Below are positions 15,488 to 23,170 of a DNA stretch of 24,495 bases, one piece after another; positions within the stretch are counted from its first letter, which is position 1, and every line of letters begins with the position of its first letter. The notes below the pieces were generated by a model. The model was not told the DNA's origin and searched no databases. It saw only the letters and a list, made by a program, of their open reading frames with translations. Made by a program: the position numbers and the translations under genes. The DNA is from an uncultured Gammaproteobacteria bacterium (GTDB taxonomy: Bacteria; Patescibacteriota; Microgenomatia; Levybacterales; UBA12049): contig CAZPZA010000001.1 in assembly GCA_964590985.1 (NCBI GenBank), forward strand, positions 1 to 24,495. Reading direction: 5' to 3'.

Positions 15488-16310
15488 GTCTTTGATTGGT
15501 TTTAATTTCAAGCAGTATTTGAGATTCAGAAGAAATTTTTCAGGAATTGGTAAGAGACAAAAGTTTATAATTACCGCTGTAAGCTCATCTCTTATTTTAT
15601 TTTTAGCCCAACATTTGTTAGGTAGCCAAACTTTCTATATTGCTTTTTTCCTGGCATTCTTTTCTGTTTTTCTTCTTTTCTGGTCTGTATATAAAGACTT
15701 AAGAAACAACAATTCTTTGCAAGTTTTTATTCTTCCGTTTTTTTACAGCCTTGCTTTTGCGCTTTTTTATCCTCTGGTTCCTGAAAGGCTTTTAGTAAGA
15801 ATTGTAATGACAGCTATATATGGTTTTGGTTTGTATTCTTTGCTTTTAAGTATGAACATTTTTGTTGTTTCATCGATAAGAACTATAGCTTTAGTATCTT
15901 CTGCCCGTACCGTATCTTTTATAGCCACTATTTTGTCTTACTTTTTTATTGTCAACGTTATTTTTTCGATGCACTTAAACGGTTTTCTTACTCTGCTTTT
16001 TGTTTTTGGATTTTCTTTCCCTTTTGTTTTGCATTCGCTTTGGGCACATAGTCTGGAAAGTAGGTTTTTTTCTAATTTATTATGGGTTTTCTCCATTAGT
16101 CTTTGTTTAGCAGAGATAGCATTTATTTTGTGGTTTTGGTCGGTACTTCCGACGATTATAGCCTTGTTTTTGACTGGTTTCTTCTACATAACAGTTGGAA
16201 TTTCTCAGGTTTGGTTAGATAGGAGGCTTTTTAAAAGCATTATGTGGGAGTATATATGGGTAGGAAGTCTGGTATTTATATTGTTTATTGTGTTTGCTTT
16301 TAAAAGATAG
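15447..16310 (+). CDS. Multi-pass membrane protein, function unknown (start uncertain)
   Basis: About 8-9 hydrophobic segments. Confidence 0.75.
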   Translation: MMYKKFIQILRFTKSLIGFNFKQYLRFRRNFSGIGKRQKFIITAVSSSLILFLAQHLLGSQTFYIAFFLAFFSVFLLFWSVYKDLRNNNSLQVFILPFFYSLAFALFYPLVPERLLVRIVMTAIYGFGLYSLLLSMNIFVVSSIRTIALVSSARTVSFIATILSYFFIVNVIFSMHLNGFLTLLFVFGFSFPFVLHSLWAHSLESRFFSNLLWVFSISLCLAEIAFILWFWSVLPTIIALFLTGFFYITVGISQVWLDRRLFKSIMWEYIWVGSLVFILFIVFAFKR

Positions 16311-16311
16311 A

Positions 16312-16355
16312 CTCGTAAAAAGCAGACACCTCGTTGGGGGGGGTGTCTTTACGAG
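16312..16355 (+). terminator. Hairpin after the membrane protein stop, possible terminator
   Basis: CTCGTAA/TTACGAG outer and AGACACC/GGTGTCT inner stems; U-tract is weak. Confidence 0.4.
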
Positions 16356-16492
16356 GTCTTGTCGTTTGATTAGCATAAAGGTAGGGAAGAGGAGAGGAGA
16401 TATGACAGATGATGTTTTGTTTTAAAAAACGCTTTGGTTGGCCCAAATGATCTATTTTGATATATTTACCTAAATTATTATAGGATATAAAT

Positions 16493-16501
16493 TGTGGATA
16501 A
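16493..16501 (-). promoter_or_regulatory. Consensus DnaA box (single)
   Basis: TGTGGATAA, i.e. TTATCCACA on the minus strand, next to an AT-rich tract; another perfect box lies at 19289-19297. Confidence 0.35.
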
Positions 16502-16584
16502 CTTTTGTTGGAATAGAATTTTCACGAGATTTCTGCTTGAGTTTTCACAGGGATTGAAGGATAAGTAGTTGCCCTCCGCCCCAA

Positions 16585-16785
16585 TCTTGTCTTGCGCTTT
16601 GTCAGTACTATTCGTCGAGCTCAGATCGATTTCTATACTGTGCAAAGGCGGACATAAGAAACCGTAATGTGCTCTCCGCCTGAGGGGCGGCTCGCAAACG
16701 GTTTCTAATGAAAAAAATACGAATGTCTGTTTTCGCGTGATTGCGAGGCGAAAATTGAACGTTTAGATTGTAAAATCAATCTAAA
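16585..16785. other. Dense cluster of hairpins (possible ncRNA or stacked REP remnants)
   Basis: Imperfect 75-nt hairpin 16585-16659; AGAAACCGT/ACGGTTTCT 16657-16706 with inner CCGCC/GGCGG; TTTTCGC/GCGAAAA 16730-16754; TTTAGATTG/CAATCTAAA 16762-16785. Confidence 0.5.
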
Positions 16786-16841
16786 TAGTAAAATAAATAA
16801 CGAATGATCTACGGCACTCCTTAATTTCCTCAAAAATGTGA

Positions 16842-16870
16842 TTTACAAATTAAGATCTAATATGTACAAT
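16842..16870 (+). promoter_or_regulatory. Promoter of the LAGLIDADG gene
   Basis: TTTACA (16842-16847), 17 nt, TACAAT (16865-16870). Confidence 0.55.
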
Positions 16871-16900
16871 ACACTTATCTAGTTCTTTTTTTATTCTTGT

Positions 16901-17410
16901 ATGGAACCTTCTTCTCTTCCATCAGGAGACTTTGTCGCTGGTCTAACAGATGGCGAAGGATGTTTTGCATTAAAGTTTCGTCGTGACTTTAAAAAGAACC
17001 GGCCCAATTCTCCTGTCTACTTCGGTTGGCAGTCCGCTTTTATTATTACCCTTCGAAAAGACGACTTTCCTTTATTGCAGAAAGTTAGACAAGTGGTCGG
17101 ATGTGGAACAATCACTATCTCAGGGAATTCTGTTAGTTTTCAGGTTCAAGATACGGATGAGCTTCTCAATATCATTGTTCCATTTTTTACTCGTTATAAG
17201 CTTCATGGAAAGAAATCGGAAGATTTCAAGTTATGGGTAGAGGCAGTGAAATTAATAGCTTCTAACAAAAAGCGAAATGTAAATGTTCAAAGAGGAGTAC
17301 GGGGCTTTATCAAAGTTAATTGGAAAAAAGAAGATCTTTTACGTTTAAACGAAATCCGTAAGGATATGAGGGTATATAAAGCTGCTCATTCTCCTTTTAA
17401 ATGGGATTAA
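16901..17410 (+). CDS. Single-motif LAGLIDADG homing endonuclease, free-standing
   Basis: DFVAGLTDGEGCF, IIVPFFTRYKLHGKKSEDFKLW; 169 aa, homodimeric class. Confidence 0.92.
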   Translation: MEPSSLPSGDFVAGLTDGEGCFALKFRRDFKKNRPNSPVYFGWQSAFIITLRKDDFPLLQKVRQVVGCGTITISGNSVSFQVQDTDELLNIIVPFFTRYKLHGKKSEDFKLWVEAVKLIASNKKRNVNVQRGVRGFIKVNWKKEDLLRLNEIRKDMRVYKAAHSPFKWD

Positions 17411-17638
17411 GTCTAGGAGAGGAGAAACCTATTGGTTCGCACAATAATACTTTTGCGACCCAAGATTTGGAGGGTGTTTGGGAGAAGTGGCATTTTCCCC
17501 ATCCTTTTTCTATTACATATTTGCTCATTATTTTCAGCGCCATACCTCTTTTGTTATCTAGTTTGCTTCCTTTTTAACCCATTTGCAAATACAAATCCCA
17601 GTTCTCTACTATAGGATTATTGACATTAAAATAACTGT

Positions 17639-18151
17639 ATGATAAAAGATACTTCCATGTTAGAAGATTTATTTGGAAGAACAAGGGGGTTGCCAGCAAA
17701 TCAAGATTCCATAAAACAAAAAGCGTTTGATAAAGCATGGAAAATATTAGAAGAAGCAGGCGTAGAAGACCTACCGCCAAGAGAAAAAGACATCCAAGGC
17801 ATCCCTTATAAGGAAGAGATAATTGAAAATTCGTTATTTATATATAACGTAGAGACGGGAGAAGTTGAGATGAAAAGCGATGGAAGAAAATTTAGGCTGA
17901 CTCCAACTCTTAATAAGTTGTTAACGGTTTTTACGCACAATCCAAATAGAGTTTTATCAACTCAAGCTCTTGAGAGTGCAATATGGGACGACTATAGTAG
18001 CGACATCTCTATTGATAAAGCTTCAGCTTTGAGAAACTATATAAAGAAGTTAAGGAGGCATTTGGAGCCAGAAGCACGCAAAGGAAATTATAAGTTTTTG
18101 GTGACATATCCCTGGAGGGGATACATGCTTGGTGTACCAGAAATGCCGTAG
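17639..18151 (+). CDS. OmpR/PhoB-type winged-helix DNA-binding protein without a receiver domain
   Basis: RLTPTLNKLLTVF..NPNRVLS...IW...LRNYIKKLRRHLE...TYPWRGYML. Confidence 0.8.
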   Translation: MIKDTSMLEDLFGRTRGLPANQDSIKQKAFDKAWKILEEAGVEDLPPREKDIQGIPYKEEIIENSLFIYNVETGEVEMKSDGRKFRLTPTLNKLLTVFTHNPNRVLSTQALESAIWDDYSSDISIDKASALRNYIKKLRRHLEPEARKGNYKFLVTYPWRGYMLGVPEMP

Positions 18152-18166
18152 CCCTTTTATTGTTAG

Positions 18167-18209
18167 TTGACAAACATTTTTTTATGTCGCATAATTATTG
18201 TGCGACATA
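18167..18209 (+). promoter_or_regulatory. Promoter with an overlapping palindromic operator
   Basis: TTGACA (18167-18172)-17-CATAAT (18190-18195); TATGTCGCA...TGCGACATA arms (18183-18209). Confidence 0.7.
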
Positions 18210-18328
18210 TGGATAGAGAACTGCTTTCTTTAATTAAGCAATTTCTAGAATACCTAGAGATTGACCCCACACATGCTTACTTCTCGGCTTTTCAATTCTA
18301 TTCGAATACGCCTCGAAGAGCGCAATGA
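18209..18328 (+). pseudogene. Truncated 5' end of a Xer-type recombinase followed by a palindromic element
   Basis: MDRELLSLIKQFLEYLEI is homologous to MSSYLDDLIIQFLEHLEV of the downstream gene; it then runs into a CCCC...CGCAATGACGGGG palindrome and stops. Confidence 0.7.
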
Positions 18329-18353
18329 CGGGGCAAGGAAAAAATTGTTTAAT

Positions 18354-19286
18354 ATGAGTAGCTATCTTGATGATCTAATCATTCAATTTCTCGAACACTT
18401 AGAAGTGGAGAAAAACTGTTCGAAATTAACTATTCGTGACTATCGACATTATCTAGACATATTTGCAAAATGGTTCTGCTCTACCCTACCCAACAGACAG
18501 ATTTCCGATCTCAACTTACAAACTGTTAGAAAATATAGAGTTTATTTGGCAAACAGAGTTGATAAGAAAGGGCTTACTCTAAAAAGAGTTACACAAAACT
18601 ATTACATAATAGCTCTCCGAAGTTTTTTAAGATTTTTAATAAAAAATGATCACAAAACTCTTGAGCCCTCCAAAATAGATTTACCCAAAGCAGAAAGCAG
18701 GTCTTTAAAGTTTTTAGATAGAGACCAAATTGATCGGTTGGTAAATATGGTTGATACTTCAAAAGAAGAAGGATTAAGAGATAGAGCAATTTTGGAGCTT
18801 TTGTTTTCTACCGGACTTCGAGTTTCGGAACTTGTAAGGCTTAATCATAATCAAGTAAATTTAGAAAGAAAAGAATTTGGAGTAATTGGAAAAGGCGGAC
18901 GAGCCCGTGTTGTTTTTATTTCTGATAGAGCTGCTGCATGGATAATGAGATATCTTGAAAAACGGAAAGATCGTTTTGCGCCCCTTTTTATTCGGTACTC
19001 GGGGAGAGTGGATGAGCAAAATAATGGCGAAAAGATGCGCTTGACTTCCCGAAGTGTTGAGAGAATTGTTAAAAAATATGTTCGCTTAGCAAGGCTCCCT
19101 GTCGATGCTACGGTGCACACGCTAAGACACAGCTTTGCAACAGATTTGCTGACAAACGGCGCTGATTTAAGATCGGTTCAAGAAATGTTGGGGCATAAAA
19201 ACATCTCAACTACCCAGATCTATACTCATATAACAAATAGGCAGTTGCGAGAAGTACATCAGACTTTTCATTCGGGGAACAAATAA
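18354..19286 (+). CDS. XerC/XerD-family tyrosine recombinase
   Basis: SAM-like N-domain; catalytic residues in GLRVSEL, GKGG, HTLRH, LGH and TQIYT; ATG 18354 is preferred. Confidence 0.95.
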   Translation: MSSYLDDLIIQFLEHLEVEKNCSKLTIRDYRHYLDIFAKWFCSTLPNRQISDLNLQTVRKYRVYLANRVDKKGLTLKRVTQNYYIIALRSFLRFLIKNDHKTLEPSKIDLPKAESRSLKFLDRDQIDRLVNMVDTSKEEGLRDRAILELLFSTGLRVSELVRLNHNQVNLERKEFGVIGKGGRARVVFISDRAAAWIMRYLEKRKDRFAPLFIRYSGRVDEQNNGEKMRLTSRSVERIVKKYVRLARLPVDATVHTLRHSFATDLLTNGADLRSVQEMLGHKNISTTQIYTHITNRQLREVHQTFHSGNK

Positions 19287-19291
19287 ATTTA

Positions 19292-19346
19292 TCCACATCG
19301 TCGTATCTGTACCGATCCCATATCGGTTTTCTATTGGCGATGCGGA
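19292..19346 (+). repeat. REP-like family A composite copy
   Basis: Core 19298-19326 (CCCAT loop variant) within outer stem TCCACATCGTC/GGCGATGCGGA; starts 5 nt after the xer stop. Confidence 0.9.
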
Positions 19347-19458
19347 AAAAGAATTTTGCTGAGACTGCTTTTGCCCGACCACAAGTTGGAAAGCAACAAC
19401 TTAAATAACGTCCTCCCCCCTCAAACTCCTAGGATCAGTCTAGGTAATATTTTCTATC

Positions 19459-19511
19459 TCAAATGCATTTCTTAAACCATCACAATTTGATGAATTGAAA
19501 AATTTGTGATA
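19459..19511 (+). repeat. Left arm of the inverted repeat flanking the PaaX/Cas2-like gene
   Basis: AATTGAAAAATTTGTGATA (19493-19511) is the exact reverse complement of 20162-20180; similarity extends imperfectly to ~53 bp. Confidence 0.85.
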
Positions 19512-19541
19512 ATTATAAGCATTTAGTTTTTAACTGGGTTT

Positions 19542-20120
19542 TTAAATTCCAAAATATTCCCTGTAGGCTTTTTCATTTTCGAGTCCGCTTACCGTAAGTA
19601 TTAATGCTTCTGTATTAATGGAGCAAACTTGGCGTAAATATTCAATTTCGTCATAACACTTAAATGGCGTTAAATATACGCTTCTTTGGAGCTTTAGGAA
19701 TTTAAGTCTTTTTAAGGTTTTTCGAAAAAGACTTGCCTCTTCCTTTTTGCCGGTAAGAATATCATAAATTATAATTCGCCATTTTCCATCCCATTTTTGG
19801 TCTTTAAGTTCCATTTCATCAAGATTAAACTTAAGCAATCTTTTTTTACCATTTTCAGAGATTTTTACTATATGTTCTTCGTTGTTCTCTACTATCTCAA
19901 CCAATTTTTGTTGATGCATTCTTTTTAATACTTGCTTTAATCTCCAAGTATTAAATTTTTTCCACTCGTTTTCTTCTCTTTTTTTCTTTTCGTCCAAGAA
20001 TGGCTTTAAAACCATTGGGAGATTAGGCATAACAATACTTGCAGCAAGGAATGTTCCTGCACCAAGGAGCATTAACACTTCTTTTACTTTTGGATCAATT
20101 TTCTTAGAAGGTGGTCGCAT
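19542..20120 (-). CDS. PaaX-like protein: winged helix plus Cas2/VapD-like ferredoxin-fold domain
   Basis: LKQVLKRMHQQKLVEI...ISENG (wHTH); KWDGKWRIIIYDI...FRKTLKRLKFLKLQRSVY (PaaX central, Cas2-like domain). Confidence 0.8.
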   Translation of the reverse strand: MRPPSKKIDPKVKEVLMLLGAGTFLAASIVMPNLPMVLKPFLDEKKKREENEWKKFNTWRLKQVLKRMHQQKLVEIVENNEEHIVKISENGKKRLLKFNLDEMELKDQKWDGKWRIIIYDILTGKKEEASLFRKTLKRLKFLKLQRSVYLTPFKCYDEIEYLRQVCSINTEALILTVSGLENEKAYREYFGI

Positions 20121-20161
20121 AAATAAATTGCTAAAGTTAAAGTTTAGCTATAATCCTAAAG

Positions 20162-20213
20162 TATCACAAATTTTTCAATTGCGCAATCTGTGATGGATTT
20201 GAAGTGGATTTGA
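20162..20213 (-). repeat. Right arm of the inverted repeat flanking the PaaX/Cas2-like gene
   Basis: TATCACAAATTTTTCAATT GCGCAATCTGTGATGGATTTGAAGTGGATTTGA. Confidence 0.85.
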
Positions 20214-20261
20214 ACGATTTAAACAAAAAAGTTTTGTAACAAATAGCATATAATAGCGTCT

Positions 20262-21110
20262 ATGGGAAAACAGTTGGTTTTTGGTAGGAAAACGTTGGTC
20301 ATGGGAGTACTCAATGTAACTCCCGACTCTTTTTCCGATGGCGGTTTGTATATTGATCCTAAAAAAGCAGTTGGCCGGGCGAAAGAGATGGTTTTGGAGG
20401 GTGCGGATATTATAGATGTTGGCGGCGAATCAACAAGACCTGGGTCAGAGCCCGTATCGGTTGATGAAGAAATAAAAAGAGTAGTGCCAGTTATAAAAGA
20501 AATAAAAAATACTTTGCCCGCGTCAGACGCGGTTTTGATATCTATAGATTCCTATAAATCAGAAGTTGTTAGACAAGCACTTTTGGAAGGAGCTAACATA
20601 GTAAATAGTTTGGGAGGATTTTTGTTTGACGAGAAACTAGCAGATGTTGCGAAAGAGTTTAATGTGCCAGTAATTATTTACCACATAAAAGGAAAACCCA
20701 AGATTATGCAACAAGAACCAGTTTATAAAGACGTTATAAAAGATATAATGGGATTTTTTAGAGAGCAGATTAAAATCGGAGTTTCTAAAGGCTTGAAAAG
20801 AGAACAGTTTCTTGTAGATCCAGGAATTGGTTTTGGAAAAACGATTAAGCAGAATTTGGAGATTGTTAAAAGACTGTCAGAGATCAAGTCGTTAGAGCTA
20901 CCTATCGTGATTGGTGTTTCAAGAAAAAGTCATTTGGGAAAGCTTTTGCAGGAAGAGCTAAAATTGGATACTCTCCCCTCCCCAACCGAAAGACTAGAAG
21001 CATCGCTTGCCGAAACAGCAGTTGTTGTTCTTAACGGCGCAAATATAATAAGGACTCATGATGTTTTACAAACAAAAAAGTTTTTGGCTCTTTTGGATAG
21101 GTTAAAATAA
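20262..21110 (+). CDS. folP: Dihydropteroate synthase
   Basis: MGVLNVTPDSFSDGG, DVGGESTRPG, DPGIGFGK, GVSRKS, RTHDV. Confidence 0.97.
   Translation: MGKQLVFGRKTLVMGVLNVTPDSFSDGGLYIDPKKAVGRAKEMVLEGADIIDVGGESTRPGSEPVSVDEEIKRVVPVIKEIKNTLPASDAVLISIDSYKSEVVRQALLEGANIVNSLGGFLFDEKLADVAKEFNVPVIIYHIKGKPKIMQQEPVYKDVIKDIMGFFREQIKIGVSKGLKREQFLVDPGIGFGKTIKQNLEIVKRLSEIKSLELPIVIGVSRKSHLGKLLQEELKLDTLPSPTERLEASLAETAVVVLNGANIIRTHDVLQTKKFLALLDRLK
20518..20532. repeat. Short GC palindrome inside folP
   Basis: CCGCGTC-A-GACGCGG; encodes PASDA in a surface loop before ISIDSY. Confidence 0.5.
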
Positions 21111-21119
21111 AATACAATA

Positions 21120-21614
21120 ATGACATCACACAAAATTTTCTTAGGTCTTGGAGCAAACGTGGGAGATAAAAAGGCAAATTTGCTAAAAGCTATTGAGCTT
21201 TTGAAAGAAAAAGTATCAGATATTGTTGTTGCGCCAGTATACGAGACAAAACCCTGGGGTTATAAAGAGCAAGATAATTTTTTGAATACTGCTGTTAGGG
21301 GGAGCACTTCCCTATCGCCTATCCATCTTTTAAGATTTGTCAAAGATATTGAGAAAAAAGTTGGTAGAATAAAAAGATTTAAATGGGGACCAAGAGAAAT
21401 TGATATTGATATTTTATTTTATGACAATCTTATTTGCAAAGATCATAATCTTGAAATTCCCCACCCTCGTCTTCATAAGCGAGATTTTGTCTTAAAGCCC
21501 CTAATGGATTTGGACAAAGATTTAATTCATCCAGTTTTCAAAAAGACAGTGATTGAGGTTTATAAAGTACTACCAAAAACAGATTGTTTTATAGTTAGGA
21601 CTATCAAAGCATAA
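21120..21614 (+). CDS. folK: 2-amino-4-hydroxy-6-hydroxymethyldihydropteridine pyrophosphokinase
   Basis: LGLGANVGD, YETKPWG, FLNTAV, WGPREIDIDIL, IPHPRLHKRDFVLKPL. Confidence 0.97.
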   Translation: MTSHKIFLGLGANVGDKKANLLKAIELLKEKVSDIVVAPVYETKPWGYKEQDNFLNTAVRGSTSLSPIHLLRFVKDIEKKVGRIKRFKWGPREIDIDILFYDNLICKDHNLEIPHPRLHKRDFVLKPLMDLDKDLIHPVFKKTVIEVYKVLPKTDCFIVRTIKA

Positions 21615-21621
21615 TACCGGA

Positions 21622-21650
21622 TCGTCGTATCTGTACCGATCCCGTATCGG
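21622..21650 (+). repeat. REP-like family A copy between convergent genes
   Basis: TCGTCGTATCTGTACCGATCCCGTATCGG, identical to 7987-8015 and 11900-11928. Confidence 0.9.
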
Positions 21651-21659
21651 AATAGCATA

Positions 21660-23156
21660 CTAATGCTGATTACTCAAATTATCAATGACCATTGCTGCTA
21701 CTTCAACATCGGTAATTAAATTTATTCCCATATTCACAGAAATTTTTCTAATCAACTTTCCATCAGTAAACTCCTTGCCCTCTTTAATCTTATCTCTGGT
21801 TGGAATGTTGACGACAAGGTCAAAAACCTTTCTTTGTAAAAGATCGGCAATATTTGGGTTTTTGCCTCCTTCAGAGATTTTGTAGACAAGAGATGTAGGT
21901 ATTCCATGTTCTTTCAAAAATCTATGTGTTTTTTCGGTAGTATATAGAATGACATTTGAGTCTCTTGCCAAGTTTTTGATATGAGGCAGTAAAAATTTTT
22001 TATTTTTAATTTTCCCAATTGTCAATAAAACATGTGTTTTTTTCTGACTTAAGATTGCAGCTTGTCCATACCTTGATTTGCTCCAGTCTTCTGTTTGAGT
22101 ATTGAGAAGTGAAAAAATAGAAACATTTCTAATATCTTTTTCAGCAAAAATGTATTGCAGTACCCTTTCATTTCCAATGCCATAACCAGCGTGCGGATTA
22201 GTAGAATTTTGCTCTATAATATCTAGATACCATTTAAAATCTTCGTATTTACCTCCTCGCATTATATGTAGTTGATACATGGTGGAGGTGATTAATCGGC
22301 TATTGAGTTTTTTGAAATCATGCTCGCGAACCGATGCTCCTGTTCCCTCTCCGGCATAAGGAAAAATTAAATCTGCAGATAACACCACTCTCTCATCTTT
22401 AGTATAAACCTTCATGTTGAAAAACTTAATTTCTTTGGGATATTTCATGATAAACACCGGCAACTCCCCATTTTTTTTATTAAGGAGTTCAACAATTTTT
22501 GCCTCGTGTTTAGTTTTTAAATCATCACCAAATTTAACTTCTGGATAACCGTTGCTATTTAAAAGTTTTATTGCTGATTCATACTCGATTCTTAAAAAAT
22601 TTTTTATTGTTGTTTCAGTTAGTCTATCTACATTTCTTTTGTAAACCTTTCTTAAAATCTCCTCACGATCTATTAGCACTTTTTTAATCATGGACTGCAC
22701 TGTTTTTTGAATACTATTAAGCAAAGCTCCATACATTTGATCTTCGTCATAGTTTTCCCTTGTAAGACCAGTAAGTGTGCAGTCAAACTCTTCTTCTGTA
22801 AGCCTGAATTGTCTAAGATGTCTTTCATCTTCTTTGTCCTCATCGCGGCCCGAATGAATAATAGTGTATACAGCTGGCAATGACTGGAGTGCTTGTTCGA
22901 GAGCAAGTTGGCCTGTTTGGGTAAAAAATAGCGGTAGATCAAGACGATTGCCTACCTTAAAAAGAGTATCAACATTCTCACAAGCGCCTGTAATGCCTAC
23001 TATTTGGGGTACATCGACATATACTCTTCCTCTTTCTTGATAGCTTTCGTGGGCGCCTTGGTTTAGACTTTGGTTAACATTTATTAAATTTAGGAAATGA
23101 TCATCAAAATCTAAAGCGAGCCTTTTTCCTTCGGCACAAAGAGAAATTTTTTTCAT
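21660..23156 (-). CDS. AsnRS/AspRS-like class IIb catalytic core (no anticodon domain) fused to a CarB-type MGS domain
   Basis: FFTQTGQLALE, motif-2-like SGRDE...RHLRQF, FIMKYPKEIKFFNMK, SADLI..GE..GAS.RE, motif 3 PHAGYGIGNERV; C-terminal VLLTIG...TTEKTHRFLKEHGI...DLVVNIPT...DGKLIRK...ITDVEVA. Confidence 0.85.
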   Translation of the reverse strand: MKKISLCAEGKRLALDFDDHFLNLINVNQSLNQGAHESYQERGRVYVDVPQIVGITGACENVDTLFKVGNRLDLPLFFTQTGQLALEQALQSLPAVYTIIHSGRDEDKEDERHLRQFRLTEEEFDCTLTGLTRENYDEDQMYGALLNSIQKTVQSMIKKVLIDREEILRKVYKRNVDRLTETTIKNFLRIEYESAIKLLNSNGYPEVKFGDDLKTKHEAKIVELLNKKNGELPVFIMKYPKEIKFFNMKVYTKDERVVLSADLIFPYAGEGTGASVREHDFKKLNSRLITSTMYQLHIMRGGKYEDFKWYLDIIEQNSTNPHAGYGIGNERVLQYIFAEKDIRNVSIFSLLNTQTEDWSKSRYGQAAILSQKKTHVLLTIGKIKNKKFLLPHIKNLARDSNVILYTTEKTHRFLKEHGIPTSLVYKISEGGKNPNIADLLQRKVFDLVVNIPTRDKIKEGKEFTDGKLIRKISVNMGINLITDVEVAAMVIDNLSNQH

Positions 23157-23170
23157 GTCGCTGGGATTTT

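Noticed and set aside
16402-16425. Mini-ORF MTDDVLF after AGGAGA
   Set aside because: Seven codons, no downstream attenuator or operon; cannot be supported.
16455-16550. oriC
   Set aside because: There is only one perfect DnaA box plus weak matches, no dnaA/dnaN nearby, and GC skew cannot be evaluated.
16310-17640. Group I intron around the LAGLIDADG gene
   Set aside because: No P7-type R/S core motifs were found by eye and no split host gene, rRNA or tRNA flanks the region.
18184-18208. Chromosomal dif site
   Set aside because: The arms are separated by 3 nt rather than 6 and overlap a promoter; an operator is more plausible.
19542-20120. Calling the PaaX-like gene cas2
   Set aside because: It has an N-terminal wHTH, is about twice Cas2 size and has no CRISPR context; only the fold is shared.
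7987-21650. Identical 29-bp repeats as a CRISPR array
   Set aside because: The copies are kilobases apart with genes between them; there are no regular spacers and no cas1/cas operon.
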